Positions 1 through 11,990 of a stretch of 64,000 nucleotides of DNA are shown here, one piece after another. Position 1 is the first letter of the stretch; each line of letters starts with the position of its first letter. Made by a program: the position numbers and the translations under genes. The DNA is taken from NCBI GenBank assembly GCA_964019335.1, contig OZ025692.1, positions 62,001-126,000 of the forward strand. The letters are read 5' to 3'. The notes under the pieces were generated by a model. It was not told the DNA's origin and made no database searches. It worked only from the letters and a program-made list of their open reading frames with translations. Source of the DNA: Diplonema japonicum. Its lineage: Eukaryota > Protista > Euglenozoa: Diplonemea.

Positions 1-318
1 AAGGGTAAGCGTTTCCGTTAATGTCGGAAGTGTAAGTGTCTCTGTCGCGGTGCCTGATGGGAGCGACAGCGAAACCGTCTCGGTCCTCGTGAGCAACGAG
101 ATGGTGAGAGATTCTGTTGATGTCGGCAGCGTGGCGCTAACCGTGGAAGAGAAGGTGGGCAGAGTAGCAGTGACTGTCTCAGTCACAGTTGCCAAAGATA
201 GCGTGAAAGAACCAGTCCCTGTAGGCAACGTGTAGGTGGAAGTCTTAGATGTCTGGGCATAGAGCGTGGGGCATGGTACCACCAGCACCAAAAGGAGCAC
301 TGCATATCGCACAATCAT
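1..318 (-). CDS. Thr/Ser-rich secreted or surface protein, 5' part only (runs off the window)
   Basis: Not in the ORF track. The reverse complement from ATG 318 reads MIVRYAVLLLVLVVPCPTLYAQTSKTSTYTLPT...TATETLTLPTLTETLTL with no stop: a signal-peptide-like start, then TLTLPT-type repeats. Confidence 0.7.
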   Translation of the reverse strand, partial: MIVRYAVLLLVLVVPCPTLYAQTSKTSTYTLPTGTGSFTLSLATVTETVTATLPTFSSTVSATLPTSTESLTISLLTRTETVSLSLPSGTATETLTLPTLTETLTL

Positions 319-668
319 TGCATTGGTACCTGTTGTGGCTTGGAGCTGCTGCTGAGGGCTAACTAAATACTCGGAAAGAACGAATGGAGCTTATGCCCAA
401 TGGTTTCTTTGGAAATGTGAGGCGGAAAATCCTGGTCTGCCAACGCAGATCAGTGGGGGGGAGTATGCATAGCGGGGTAAAGAACAACAAGTGGCGTGTG
501 CCGGACTACACTACTTATACAAACAGATAGCCGCGGTCTCATAGGACCGTGGAGTAGGGGTGGACACAAGGACTACTGGGTACGTTAAACGGGTGGGGTG
601 CAATCAAACAGGATCTGCTGATTAGCGGTTGTCAAGCCACTGCCAAGGTCATCTCATTAAAGAGTCGC

Positions 669-2362
669 TTAATGCAGGCTGGGGCTACCCGCTGCATGCG
701 GAGCAGGGATGGGCTGGACGCAGGCCCTAATACGCGGGGGTGACGACGGATTATGTGGAGATGTGCTCAATGCAGCTACGCGGACCTGCAAAAACATAAA
801 AACCATGAAAAGACATACCTTCTCGTCCGTGGTGGCCTGATACAGTCGCGCATTGCTGCCACGCAGCATGTCCTCTCTCTCTCTGTACTCAGACACCTGC
901 CGATGGTTCTGATAAACATACAAACATACGTTCTGTTGCAGCCTTTGCAAGTTGCTCTTCAGGTGGTCTTCCATCATGCGGCTTTCCTTGAGCTTTCCCT
1001 CAAGGTCCTTGATGCCATTCTGAAGTCTTTCTTCCCTGATGGCCGTGTTCTTGATCTATTAAGTGTACATTATGGAAATGGATTTATAAAAGGGGCGGCG
1101 GAAAGGGACTCCGCGACGCCACGCAAGGCTTTGACGCTTATTCAGATTGTTAAGGGTAATTCAGAAAAAGACGGACAGCAAAGATGAAAAGGATTGACAT
1201 ACGTATTCTTCAAGACGGGTTTTCTCCGCCACCAGTGTTTCCTCTCTGACCTTAGCCTCTTTCAAGGCAGCCTGAAGCTGTGCTCCCCATTTCCTTAGCT
1301 GCTCTTCCCTTGTGGCAGCCTGCTTGAGCTTGTCTTCAAGAATTGCGATACTGTCTTTCAGCTTCTGCTCCCTTGCAGCCTGCTCTTTGATGTACCGGTC
1401 AAGCTTCGCGACCTTCTGCTTCAGTTGTTCCTCTCGCAAATGAGCATCATGCAGCTTGCCTTCCAGTTGCTGTGCCTTTGCGAGGGCAGCTTCTTCCCTT
1501 TGTCTTGCAGTTTTTGCTTTCTGTATTTCAGATTCGAGCTCTTGCTCTTTTGCCCTCACCATTTGCACCCCATTCTCCCTCTCCTGCGCAACTTCTCTTT
1601 CCAATGCTGCTATCCTCGCTTCGAGGGGCGCTTTTGCACCAGCAACACTCGCTGCCACCCAGGGCTGCAGGTACTTTAAAGATGTCTCCCACAGCCTGGG
1701 GTCTTCCTCGGGTGCAGGTGACCTGTCGGCAGAGTTCACGACGTCCAGCTTGACGGTGAGGAGCAATTCAAAAGAGTACTGGCCCTCGCCATCACCAGTC
1801 CCTTTGAAGAGCAGCTTCTGGAGGTCTGAGGGGCTTTTATGCCACCAGAACCTCCCGAACTTGTTTTTCTGTTGAACCTGCCCACAGGGGCTGAGGGTGT
1901 CCACCGCTTCGCCCAGCGTCTCAACAGTGCCGCAGCCGCCCTGCCCAGGGACTAGAACCTCGATCTTCGTATAGGCTGTGACCGAGGCAGCCAGGTTGTT
2001 GCAGATGCCGATCCACAAGCTTGACCTGTTCTCGGCTTCCATAGGCCTGCATTGTGCTGACGGAAAGAAAGGACATACTCAATGCCGAAAAACATCATCC
2101 ACTCGGTGTTCGCAACATGGAAGGCGTTGCTCCACAAGAAGGGCTTCGTCTCTGCAGAGGGGTTCGACAGGTAGTACTCGAAGGGTTCCCATGGCACTTG
2201 GAACGACCACAGAGCGCATGAGTGCCCAGGCGGGAGCACAGGCCTCTGCCGTTCGTTAATCTTAGCGTTGCCTGCCATCTGGAGCTGCTTCCTTTCCCTC
2301 ACACGCGGGTCAGAAGCATCGATGCCTCTAGGGGACCTGTGCTCGTCGAGGAAGGCTAACAT
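669..2362 (-). CDS. MATH/TRAF-like domain plus coiled-coil protein (5 exons)
   Basis: ORFs 1952-2371, 1161-2042 and 669-977 join via GTATG..AG introns at 2047-2078 (32 nt), 1056-1202 (147), 897-929 (33) and 786-818 (33). The spliced WSNAFHVANTEWMMFFGIE|PMEAENRSSLWIGICN resembles MATH strands and is followed by REEQLK-type heptads. Confidence 0.7.
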
Positions 2363-2690
2363 CTTGTTCACTGTGGTGCTGCTAGAAAGGCAAACTGTGC
2401 AAAAGCAAAAAGCGATTAAGCAATAACTTAAGACACACTCCTTCTCTTATCCTGTGTTCAACGTTTCGTTTGGTTCTTTTCTGCCGGAACAGGGAAAGGT
2501 GTTGGATAAGTCAAAGATCGAAGTGTTTAAAGCGAAAACAAAAAAGAAATCTTGTCATTAAAAAGAACTCTTCACAATGAGGTTACTTGCGAGGGACATC
2601 TGCAGAGAATGGTATATGCTGATGCGGAACGCAGCAGAACAGGTGCACGACATGAGGCGGTAGACTAAAACAGGTACAAGGTTGTGGTGA

Positions 2691-3755
2691 CTACTTGTAT
2701 TCGTTAGTTCCCTTGTAATGCCTCTTCCAGAAGTCGTAGCGGTACCTCGCAGCGTGGTGCTTCCTAAGTGATGCTGTGTCTGTCTCAGGGATGCTAAGGC
2801 CTGTCATGACAGTTTCCTTCCTCCCTGTGCTGGGGCACAGAGGCATGCACACGAAATGCCCGACATGCGACGTGACCCTCTCGTGCCCTGTCTCACCAAA
2901 GTTCTCTATCTCGATGCTGATCTCCACGTGCACTGTGTATTTGGATGCGTACACCACCTCGGCATGCAGCTCTACCCAGTTGCTGATGGTGATTGGATGC
3001 TTGAACTCCACCCTGTTCATGGCAATGGTCACGATATCCCTGTGCCCCACGAAGTTCATGGCGCAGTGTATGGCGCCCGTCTCCATCCACTCCAGCACAT
3101 CACCTCCGAAGATGGTATTGTTCATGTTCACGTTCCTCGGCAGGAACAACCTGCGCATCACGATCTTGGTGTCGCTCATCGGCAGCGAGACATAACGAGG
3201 GTCCACGGGTACAGGGGTGAATTCTGTTTCGTCCTGAAGGTCCTTGTTGAGCTTTGCCCAGTCGCTGACGATCTTCTTGCGCTCGGTGATCATCTTGCGA
3301 AGGGCGTGGTCCTCGGGTGTGACGTACTCGAGGGCGGGGATCCCCTTAATGGGGCGGAGGTTGGTGTCCACAGCCACCATGGTGTAGGTGGCAGCCTGCA
3401 CGGGGTCCCAGTCGCGTGAGCGAAGCGACCGTCTGTGTGCCTCGATACGGACGGCAACAGAGGACGAGCCTACGAGGACGGGCTTTGACTCGAATCTGAT
3501 GAGATCGCCGTTGAGGACTGGACGTGAAAAGTCGCACCCATCAACAGCCACGGTCACCACGCTCCCCTTGTGCTCCTTGAGGAGGTTCCCGCAATGCCTT
3601 TGCGCAGATCTCACAGCACATAAATCCATCAACCCCAACATAGACCCTGCCCTCATGCGGACCCCAGCCAAGCTATCACTCCCTACCACATCAAGCGTTA
3701 CCTGGGACTCTAACCTCTTCGCTGCGGTGAGTACACGTAGCGTCCTGTTCAACAT
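2691..3755 (-). CDS. Acyl-CoA thioesterase (double hotdog fold), probably mitochondrial
   Basis: Two hotdog repeats, including NVNMNNTIFGGDVLEWME and VTIAMNRVEFKHPI. Likely ATG at 3755 gives a presequence-like MLNRTLRVLTAAKR. Confidence 0.9.
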   Translation of the reverse strand: MLNRTLRVLTAAKRLESQVTLDVVGSDSLAGVRMRAGSMLGLMDLCAVRSAQRHCGNLLKEHKGSVVTVAVDGCDFSRPVLNGDLIRFESKPVLVGSSSVAVRIEAHRRSLRSRDWDPVQAATYTMVAVDTNLRPIKGIPALEYVTPEDHALRKMITERKKIVSDWAKLNKDLQDETEFTPVPVDPRYVSLPMSDTKIVMRRLFLPRNVNMNNTIFGGDVLEWMETGAIHCAMNFVGHRDIVTIAMNRVEFKHPITISNWVELHAEVVYASKYTVHVEISIEIENFGETGHERVTSHVGHFVCMPLCPSTGRKETVMTGLSIPETDTASLRKHHAARYRYDFWKRHYKGTNEYK

Positions 3756-4410
3756 GTTGTCTGTCTCCTGCTGGTATTGTGGAAGGTGGAAGGGCAATAA
3801 AAAAAAAGGGGAATAAGAGGGTAAAAAAAAAGAGGAAAAAAAAGTGGGTGGGAAAAAAAAAAAAGGAAAAAGAAAAAAAAAAGGGGGTACTCGAGAATCA
3901 CAATAAAAAACTTTTTCCTGCTGCGTAAAAGAAAATAAAGAAAAAAAAAATAGAAGAAGTGGATTCTAGAGAGATGGGCACGGCTGCTGAAAGGGGGGAA
4001 CGGGGGGGAGGGGGGGATTACTTTTTATTTTTGCTCCTTTTTGTTCGCATTCCCTCTTTTTACTGAATCGTCTTCCTTTCAACTTTTTATCTTCCTTTTT
4101 CTTTTATAACCTGTTGCACACCAAGGCCTTGGGATCAAAATTGCAGAATTGGACCCCCCCGAGATTGGCCGGTGTCCATCAGGTTAAAGCTTTTTTTCTC
4201 TTTTCATCTTCCTTCTCTTTTTTTTTTTATTTCGTTCGTTCCCCTGTTCCGAGTTGCAAAATGGGAGACCACCACCACCTCTACCTGTCTGGGTCTGCTT
4301 CCTCCCGCAGCCCTCTTGTGATTACCACACTATAATTAATTAAATGGAGGAATGAAGGGGAAAAAAAAAACTTATTCCTCTTCTTTGCTTTTCTTCCCCC
4401 CGTCCTTACT

Positions 4411-7400
4411 TTACTTTCCACCCCACCCTTTCCCACCTGGCGGCCCTCGTGCAGGCTTTCGACCCCAGCGGTTGTAGCCTCCTTTGCCGTTGCTTTCCCC
4501 CTTGCCACCATGGGTATAGTCACCTTTGCCACCATGGGCATAGTCACCTTTGCCACCATGGGTATAGTCTCCTTTGCCGTTGCTTTCTCCTTTTCCGCCA
4601 TGGGAAAAGTCTCCTTTGCCATTGCTTTCACCTTTGCCCCCATGGGTATAGTCTCCTTTGCCTTCTCGTGGTTCTCTGAACTCACCCTTGCCGCCTGTTG
4701 CAGAAAATGAAAAGAAAATGGGTTAACATACCATAAAAGTGACCGTTGTAACCATCGCCTCTGCCATCACCTCTGTTCCGGAAGTCGCGCTGTCCTTTGC
4801 CTCCGTGGTAGTCCCAGTCTCGGCCTTTTCCTTTTCCCTTTCCGCCCTTGTTGGAGTGAGGTTCCTTTTCTGTCGGGCTCACAGAGAATGTGTCAGAGTG
4901 TCCGTTGCTGAACATGAGGCCGTCCTTTCCTGGCGGGCTGCCCCTTCTTGATAGAATGATTTTCAGGTGTTCGGCTTTTTTTCGCAGCTTCTCGTTGTCC
5001 TTGAAGGAGTCGATGACGCGCTGCACTGCAGGGACACCTTCGCTGTCCACAATGTGCTGCACGATGCTCTCCGACCGCCACGACAGGTACGTGAGCGCTA
5101 CGCACGCGTGCAGCAGCAGCTTGTCGTTCTTGCTGTGCACCTTCATGGCAGTCAGCACTGCCGCAACCCCTCCGATGTTGAAGAGCTCGTCTCTGTTCGG
5201 CTCTGAATTGTATGCCAGTTGGCTGATGGCCCTGCACCCGTTCTTCTGCAGCCCACAGTGCTCCGAGTATTTTACCATCGCGGCCACAATGCACTTCATG
5301 CCCCCCTTCGCCGCTACCTCCGTTTTGATGTCGTCGTTCCAGGAAAGCGTTCCCAGCACCAAGCACCCGATCTCTTGCATTTTCAGCCTGTCGCACGTCT
5401 GCATCGCATTGATGATGTACTGCACACCGTTCTGCTGCAGTATCTGCAGCTGTCCCTCAGGGTTGTTAAAGGCCAGCCCGCTCAGTGCCCCGCATGCGCT
5501 CATCTGCACTTTCATGTTTTGGCTCAGGTTCTTCATAGCCTGCAAGCACACCGACACACCACCATGTCTTGTTATCTCAGCAGTCAGTGCTTCACTGTCA
5601 TAGCTGAGGTGCGCTAAGGCATTGCACCCCTCCTGCTGTGCGACATGCGATGTGGGGTACGAGCTCATCATCTTCACGGTGCGCGGTACCATCCCTTTTC
5701 TGGACAAGACGTGTTTCACCTTGGGGTTGGCCTGCACCAATGCTACAGCTGCCCTACATGCCTCTTCTTGGACTTCCGGTTGTGTAGCAAACCTCTCCAT
5801 CGCTGCCGTGACCCTGTTGATGCAAACCTCAAGCGTCTCCCAGCTCTCTGCAACGAACGACAAGTTGCCCAACACTCTGCACCCATTTTCTTGTAGGTCC
5901 GACACGTCCTCGAATCTTTCCAATGCTTTGATCATTAGCTTCAGTCCACCGCTTTTAATAATACTGAACGAGCAGCCCTCGCTGCCCCATGCCAAGTACG
6001 CCAGTGCGTTGCAGCCCTGTATGAACACTCTGCTGTTGTCACTGAACTCTCGCATGGCAGAGCACACGCGCCCCACGCCCTGCTGCTTCATGATTCGATC
6101 CCTAAACCGTTCACTGGTGTACGCGATCTGCGCCAACGCTCTGCAGCCGTTCCTCTGCACGCTGGCAACGTGGTGCTCTTTCATTGCTGCAAGCACGATT
6201 TCGATCCCCTCGTTCGCCACGATGTCCGCCTTCACCTCGGCATTCCAACACAGGGAACCCAGAGCTAGGCATCCAATATCATTTATCTTGCACGTGTTCA
6301 ACCGCTTCATAGCGTCACAGATGGCTTTGGCGACCTTGTGCTTGACAAGCTCGTCTTGGCTGTGGTCGCAGCCACCTAGTGCGGCCAGCGCGGAGAAACA
6401 AGACAGGTGCACCCCTTCATCTGCTGGGAGCTGCTGCATAAAGCCAGCAACCGTCTTCACATACCCCCTATTACAGAGCTCTTGGGTCATGTGCTCTGAG
6501 TCGGAGGCGAGACTCCTCAACAGATTGCAGAAGTCTTGCAACAGGAGCGGTGAGGTAGGCGACCGTTGCGGGATGGTAGCAATAGTATCGATGAGGTCGC
6601 TTAGTACGTAGCTGCGGCAGGTTTTGTGGTTAGAAAGTAAGGAGGAGAGAGATCCAAGCACTGCGTGCAGCACTTGAACAGAGGTGTGAGATACTAGGGC
6701 TTCTTTGTACAACGGAAAGAGCTTTCTGACTTCCTCAGCTGTGAAGCAGGATGACATCGATGCCAGGGAGATGAAGTCCGGCGACACGACGTCTGGGTGC
6801 TTCATGCCCTCTTCTATGCTATGCATTAGGATGGGAAGACACCCCCTGTCGTAGAGGGCTTTGCTCGTTGTCTCGCAGTCGTCAGTGATGCGCACCAAGG
6901 CTTCGGCTGCATTCTTTTGCACTGCAATGCATTTGTCGTGTTTCTGGATGGCCTGCAAGATGCCCTGACCCAACCACGCACCTATCTCGAGCTGGATGGA
7001 TCTGCCGACCTCTTGGTTCCTGTGGACAGCAAGTTCGGACAAGGCTGCAAGGACCTCTGCTTGGATGAGATCTTCATCGGCAAATGCGACGAGTCCATCG
7101 TGCAGAGCGTTAAGGGCACCGTGCAGCTCGTAGCAAGAGAAGTGTGCAAGGCATTTTGAGGCACCGCGGAGGAGCCGGGAGTCGTTGGGGTGCCGCTGCA
7201 GTGCGAGGACAGCTTTCTCCACCACACGACAGCTGTAAACCTCTGCGATGTTCATTTCGGAGGTTGATAAGAAGTGGCACAGAAGACAAAGCCAAGACAC
7301 CAGCTCGGGGTCGGCAGACTGTAGATGTGGTATGTTAACAAATTCTAATATTTAATCACATACGTTGTCATCAGTGACACTCGCTGCCAGTGGCAGAAGC

Positions 7401-7775
7401 ACATCCAGCACTGTTGTTGAGAAGCTTGCAACCGTTGCCAACGCAGCAGTGAAGGCGACGGCCACCTGTCGTGCATAAGGGTGGCCTTTCCAAGCATACC
7501 TCAGGGGGACCTCTATTATTCTCTAGATAGTCACTCAACCGTTCCACAAGATCCTCGGGACGTGTGTCTTGTAGATTGCACTGTGTTCGTGATGAAGGTT
7601 AGTTGTTTTTTTTATTTTTCTTTTCTTTCTTTTCTTCTTTTATCTTCCATACCGCAGCACATTTCTTGCTGACGGAGTCCAGCCACTCTTTGTCAGCCTC
7701 GAGCCTCCCGCCTTCCCAGAGCAATGTTTCGAACAGTTCCTCCAATGCTTCGTAGTTCACCTCCTGGTAAGTCAT
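4411..7775 (-). CDS. Armadillo-repeat protein with C-terminal GGKG low-complexity tail (5 exons)
   Basis: Repeated VQxNGCxALxxLA ARM motifs. Introns 7581-7652 (72 nt), 7466-7499 (34), 7319-7363 (45) and 4695-4731 (37) join ATG 7775 (MTYQEVNY) to stop TAA 4411-4413. The last exon encodes HGGKGDY repeats. Confidence 0.85.
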
Positions 7776-8027
7776 CGCAAGGGCGGGGGAATGGGTCAGG
7801 ATACCCCCTTTCAATGTTTCTAGTTTAGCCGAATTTTTGTAGTGTTTAGGTTGTTTTTTTTCTTTTTCTGTTGTGAGTGCTGTCACTAGAAAGATCGGGG
7901 GGCAATACAAAACAATACAATAAAAAGGGAGATAATAAGAGAGCCTCGGCACGCGAAGTGCTCGCATATGCACTTTATTTAACAAAGGAAGATCAACCTG
8001 CAATGCGAACATCGCACGGCGCAATTC

Positions 8028-9518
8028 TCACCTTCGTGTGGGCGAGACACCCCTGGACTGCCAGGGGTAGGGGTGGGGGGAGGGGGACATGGAGAGGGAC
8101 GGTGCGACATAGCTCCGTGCAGGGAGGGTAGGGGACTCTGTAAGGAGGAAGGTTCTCTGTACCGAGGGCGGTATGGACTGGTACCTGGCGCTGTCCTTTA
8201 GCCTCAGATTCAGGGTCACCCCTGGTTTGATGCCCACCTCGGTCCCAATGCTGTAGTCCTGCAGCTCAATGCCATCCTTTTCTAGAAGCTGGTTGTCTGT
8301 GGGTATGTTTGTGTATGCTTCGAGGCTCCTCTTGATAGCAAGCATTGGCATAGCGTTCGTGTCACCTTTCAGCGTCAGCTTCAGCAGCCTGGTGCTCTGC
8401 CTGTCTAAGGTGCACATCACATTGATCTTTGTCACCAATGCAGTCGTCGCTCCAGCACCCTCTGAACCCGAACGCTGAACAGCCGGTTGTGTGCCGGGAG
8501 CAGGTGCCGACTGCACATAAGTGCCAGCAGGCGGCTCCTGCAGCTTGGATGAGAACACAGGCATCGATGGTGCCACTGGCTCTGAAGCAGGACTTGACAG
8601 ATGCGGCACTGCAAACCTCGAAGGATCGTGATACGCAGGCGAAGGGAGGTCAGAGGGCGGCGTGATGGTAGGCACGGAGGGGCGGCTCCCCGGAGTGTAG
8701 GCAGGCCCCCTCCGCTCCTTCAGAGCATCCTCCAGCCACGGCAGCTCGACACCGTTGCTCAGCACCTCCTGTGCATGCTCGCTGCTGATCCTGTCTAGCT
8801 TGAACATGATGCCTTCCTCTTCCCCGCTGCTGTCCACCTTTGCCTCGTTTGCGATGTCAACACTCACAAGTGCCAGTGGGTGGTTGAAGCACCTCGAGAT
8901 GTCTTGCCGTACCTTCTCAACGACCTCGTCTTTCCCAAGGGAGGCAGCGAGCTTCTTGATACCTGGCACAGCACTGAAGCCTCTGAAGGTGGTGTTGGCT
9001 GCGTCGGTCGTGTCGGGCTGGGCAGCAGCGTCTTTCAGGACGAGCATCACGTCACGTGCGCCGTGCAGGCCGTAGCGGTAGTGGTTCTTGCCGCCCTTGG
9101 CCCACCGCACTGTGACCTCGCCTTTCGCTGGGTTGTCGGCGATGACGGTGCCTGTGCTGCCTGGGCCGCCGTCCTGATCCCTCCATGTCCAGTGGGCGGG
9201 GTTGCGCTGCACAACGGAGCCTATCGGGAGGCGGGGCAGCTCTACGACAGAGGCATCAGGCCGTTGCGCTGCAGCTGGCAGTGCGGGCACAGGGTCCCTG
9301 CTCTTCCCCTCGAACGTCGGCGGCCTGTTCTCCGTGGCAACGCGTTTTCGCGACATTTTCGGTGCTGGCTTCACTCTCAACGACCCTACCTTGGGGGAGG
9401 CCTTGGGGGAAGCTTTGGGGGACGATCCATGTGCTGCCTTCGGAGAGGCTTTTGGAGAGGAGGACTTCTTCCTCTTGCTCTTCTTCTGCCTGCCAGCGGT
9501 GTTGTTTTCCTCGTTCAT
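8028..9518 (-). CDS. MIB/HERC2-domain plus ubiquitin-like-domain protein with N-terminal SPKA repeats
   Basis: IGSVVQRNPAHWTWRDQDGGPGSTGTV...VTVRWAKGGKNHYRYGLHGARDV matches the Mib-Herc2 pattern. AIKRSLEAYTNIPTDNQLLEKDGIELQD...GIKPGVTLNL resembles a Ubl domain. Confidence 0.75.
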   Translation of the reverse strand: MNEENNTAGRQKKSKRKKSSSPKASPKAAHGSSPKASPKASPKVGSLRVKPAPKMSRKRVATENRPPTFEGKSRDPVPALPAAAQRPDASVVELPRLPIGSVVQRNPAHWTWRDQDGGPGSTGTVIADNPAKGEVTVRWAKGGKNHYRYGLHGARDVMLVLKDAAAQPDTTDAANTTFRGFSAVPGIKKLAASLGKDEVVEKVRQDISRCFNHPLALVSVDIANEAKVDSSGEEEGIMFKLDRISSEHAQEVLSNGVELPWLEDALKERRGPAYTPGSRPSVPTITPPSDLPSPAYHDPSRFAVPHLSSPASEPVAPSMPVFSSKLQEPPAGTYVQSAPAPGTQPAVQRSGSEGAGATTALVTKINVMCTLDRQSTRLLKLTLKGDTNAMPMLAIKRSLEAYTNIPTDNQLLEKDGIELQDYSIGTEVGIKPGVTLNLRLKDSARYQSIPPSVQRTFLLTESPTLPARSYVAPSLSMSPSPHPYPWQSRGVSPTRR

Positions 9519-10736
9519 TTTCCCTCCTGAAAGGTTATTTAAGATATGAGAACGAGGGGGGGGGGGAGAAAAGAAAAAACAAATAGGGTATTAAAAGAAT
9601 AACCTGAGAAGCACAGGTGTGTAGAGGGTAAATGATTTTTTTCTTTCTTCTTTTTCTTTCTCTTTGTTATTTCTGTCCGTTCTTTTTTCAAAATGCATAT
9701 AAAATATAAAAGAGAGAAAAAAAAGAAAATGTTTAAAAAAAAAAATGAAAGGCGACTGCAATCATTCCAGTCCCCCCCTAGCTTCCTGGGGAGGGGCGGA
9801 TTGATGCAAGCAATTAGTAAAAGAACTGTTAAGAAAAGGAAAAAGAAGAAAAGAGGGAGGAAGAATGAAAGGAAGAAAGGGAGGAATACAATAATGCGTG
9901 TTAGGGGTGTAGAAGTGACTTAAAAATAAAAAAGGGGGGGGGGGATCACTCTTACAACTACCAAAGGGGAGTGTAAGAATATTCCCTGTCATTAGTCACC
10001 ACCGGCTTACGGTCAGATTCTGTCAGGTAATGCATGTGTCGATAGGTGAAATAACTGCTCTAAAGGCTGAAGAGTGAATGCGTCCCCCAGCGAATTCCGG
10101 TCTCTCTTTTTCTAAAGAATAAAGGGGAAAGAAAAAAAAAGGGAAAAGAAGAAGATCTCAGAATAGCAAAAAACAAAGCGTACGAAGCTACTTAAGCAAC
10201 AGCACTGCGAAGCAGCTCAGGGTACAAGTGCGTGTTTTTCTCTTTCTTCTTTTTTTTTTCTTCTCCTCTTTTTCTTTTTTTTCTTCTTTTCCTTTCTCCT
10301 CTTCTCTGCTCTCCTGCTGATTTTTATGCATTTTCTTTTTGAAAAGGAAAGAAAAAACAAAAAAAAATATATAAAAATTAGAGGTCTTTAGGATAGCGTT
10401 TTCGCGCTCTCCCAGCTAGTCCTGCGGTTTTTTTTTTCTTTTTTTTTTTCTATATTCTGTTATGAAGGGGAAAACAAAAAAAAGGGGGGGATAGGGGAAG
10501 ATAACGAAAAGAGAAAGATACGATTGGGGGGGTTTTTTTTTCTTATTCATCTTTCTTCCCCCCCTCATAGAGGGAGGGCAATCTGGCGGGGAAAAAAAAA
10601 AAAAAAAAAAAAATTGTATAAAAATAAAGGAGGCCTCAGCTGCCTGTTCGTTACCTTGCAATACGTTATTACTCTTTCAACATCACCACTAAATGGCACC
10701 TCCACACCTGGCCTCAAAAAAAAAAGTTAATATATA

Positions 10737-10777
<41 letters not shown>

Positions 10778-10913
10778 CATTTAAGGGTACCTGCGGTATG
10801 TGACAGGACGCCTGAGAAAGAAAAAAAAGCAGGCTCCAGGACAGGCACCACTCTTGACAGAAAAATGAGGGTACAAGTGAGGGGAAAAGAGGAAACTTTG
10901 TAAAGACGTGTTC

Positions 10914-10971
<58 letters not shown>

Positions 10972-11901
10972 AAAAGGTCTTGTCAACCAGTTCTTGCGTG
11001 GCACTGATTGCTCTTGTGGAACACAAGGCACTTGCCAGTACTGCACGCACAAGGGCAAAGGGGTGTTACGGAAGGGAGAGGCAATAGTGGGGGGGGGTAA
11101 AATCTTTTTTAAAATCTATTTCTTAGCGTTAGGTAGGTAGGAGCCACTGGCACCCCACACCACCAAGAAAAAAAAACCCCAAGAGAAAACGGTGCCGATT
11201 TTCATAAAAATAAAGTAGTTGGATTCCTTGATTAGCAGGTTAAAAAAAAAAAGTGTTTTTTTTTTTTTTTTCTTATACTGTAAAACGAAAAATTGATCGT
11301 TGATTTGAATGGGAGAAAAAAAAAAAAAAAAAAAAAAAGAGACATTAAAAGAAAATACGGACCTCCCCCAAGCCGCAGGGTAGCGTGAAGTGGAAAATCA
11401 TCAGAAGCAAACCTGCAGGGAGCCAGTAAAACTGAATCGCCGAAAATCCCTCTGAGAAGTTCTTTTTCTTTCTTTTTTGGTACGTTTCTTTTCACCCCCC
11501 CCACAATTTTTCGTTTTACAGTAATACTTTTTTTTAAATGAAAAACTTATTCTTTTTCTAATTTTATAAAAAAAAAAAAAAAAAAAAAATGTATGGGCAC
11601 GTACCTTTCCAAAGTCTTAAACCGTCTTGGCGAGGCAGAAAATCCCGTTTCGGGGGGTCGTCTCTTAGCAACCAAGTCTTACCAAAGGTTGAAAGAAGAC
11701 CCTCTTTTTTTTTTTTCTCTTTTTTTTTTTTTTGGTGTAGAATGAAAATAAAAATAATTGGGACAACTTTCTTTTTTTTTTTTGACGATTTAAGACTATT
11801 TGGAAAAACCCCGCGGCCATGTAAGAAGAGGAAGAAAAAAAAAAAAAAAAAAAAAAAAGAGGATAGGCGTGCTGTGCGACTGCGTGAAGAAAGAAAAAAA
11901 A

Positions 11902-11990
11902 AATTCTTTATGGCTATATGTCTTTGTTGTCTGCGAAAGTTCGGCGCAGTTTTTTTTTTTGCTCGGCATAAGTTGCATATAGTTGAAATT
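11902..11990. mobile_element. Short internally deleted copy of the MITE-like element at 32160-32392
   Basis: Shares both ends with the 32-kb copy: aattctttatg(g/a)ctatatgtctttgttgt and gctcggca(t/c)aagttgcatatagtt. Confidence 0.55.

Noticed and set aside
6431-6464. 34-nt GTATG..CAG stretch inside the ARM ORF
   Set aside because: Splicing would frameshift a continuous ARM-repeat frame, and it lacks the A/C- or AT-rich composition of the real introns. It does show that donor, acceptor and length alone are not sufficient.
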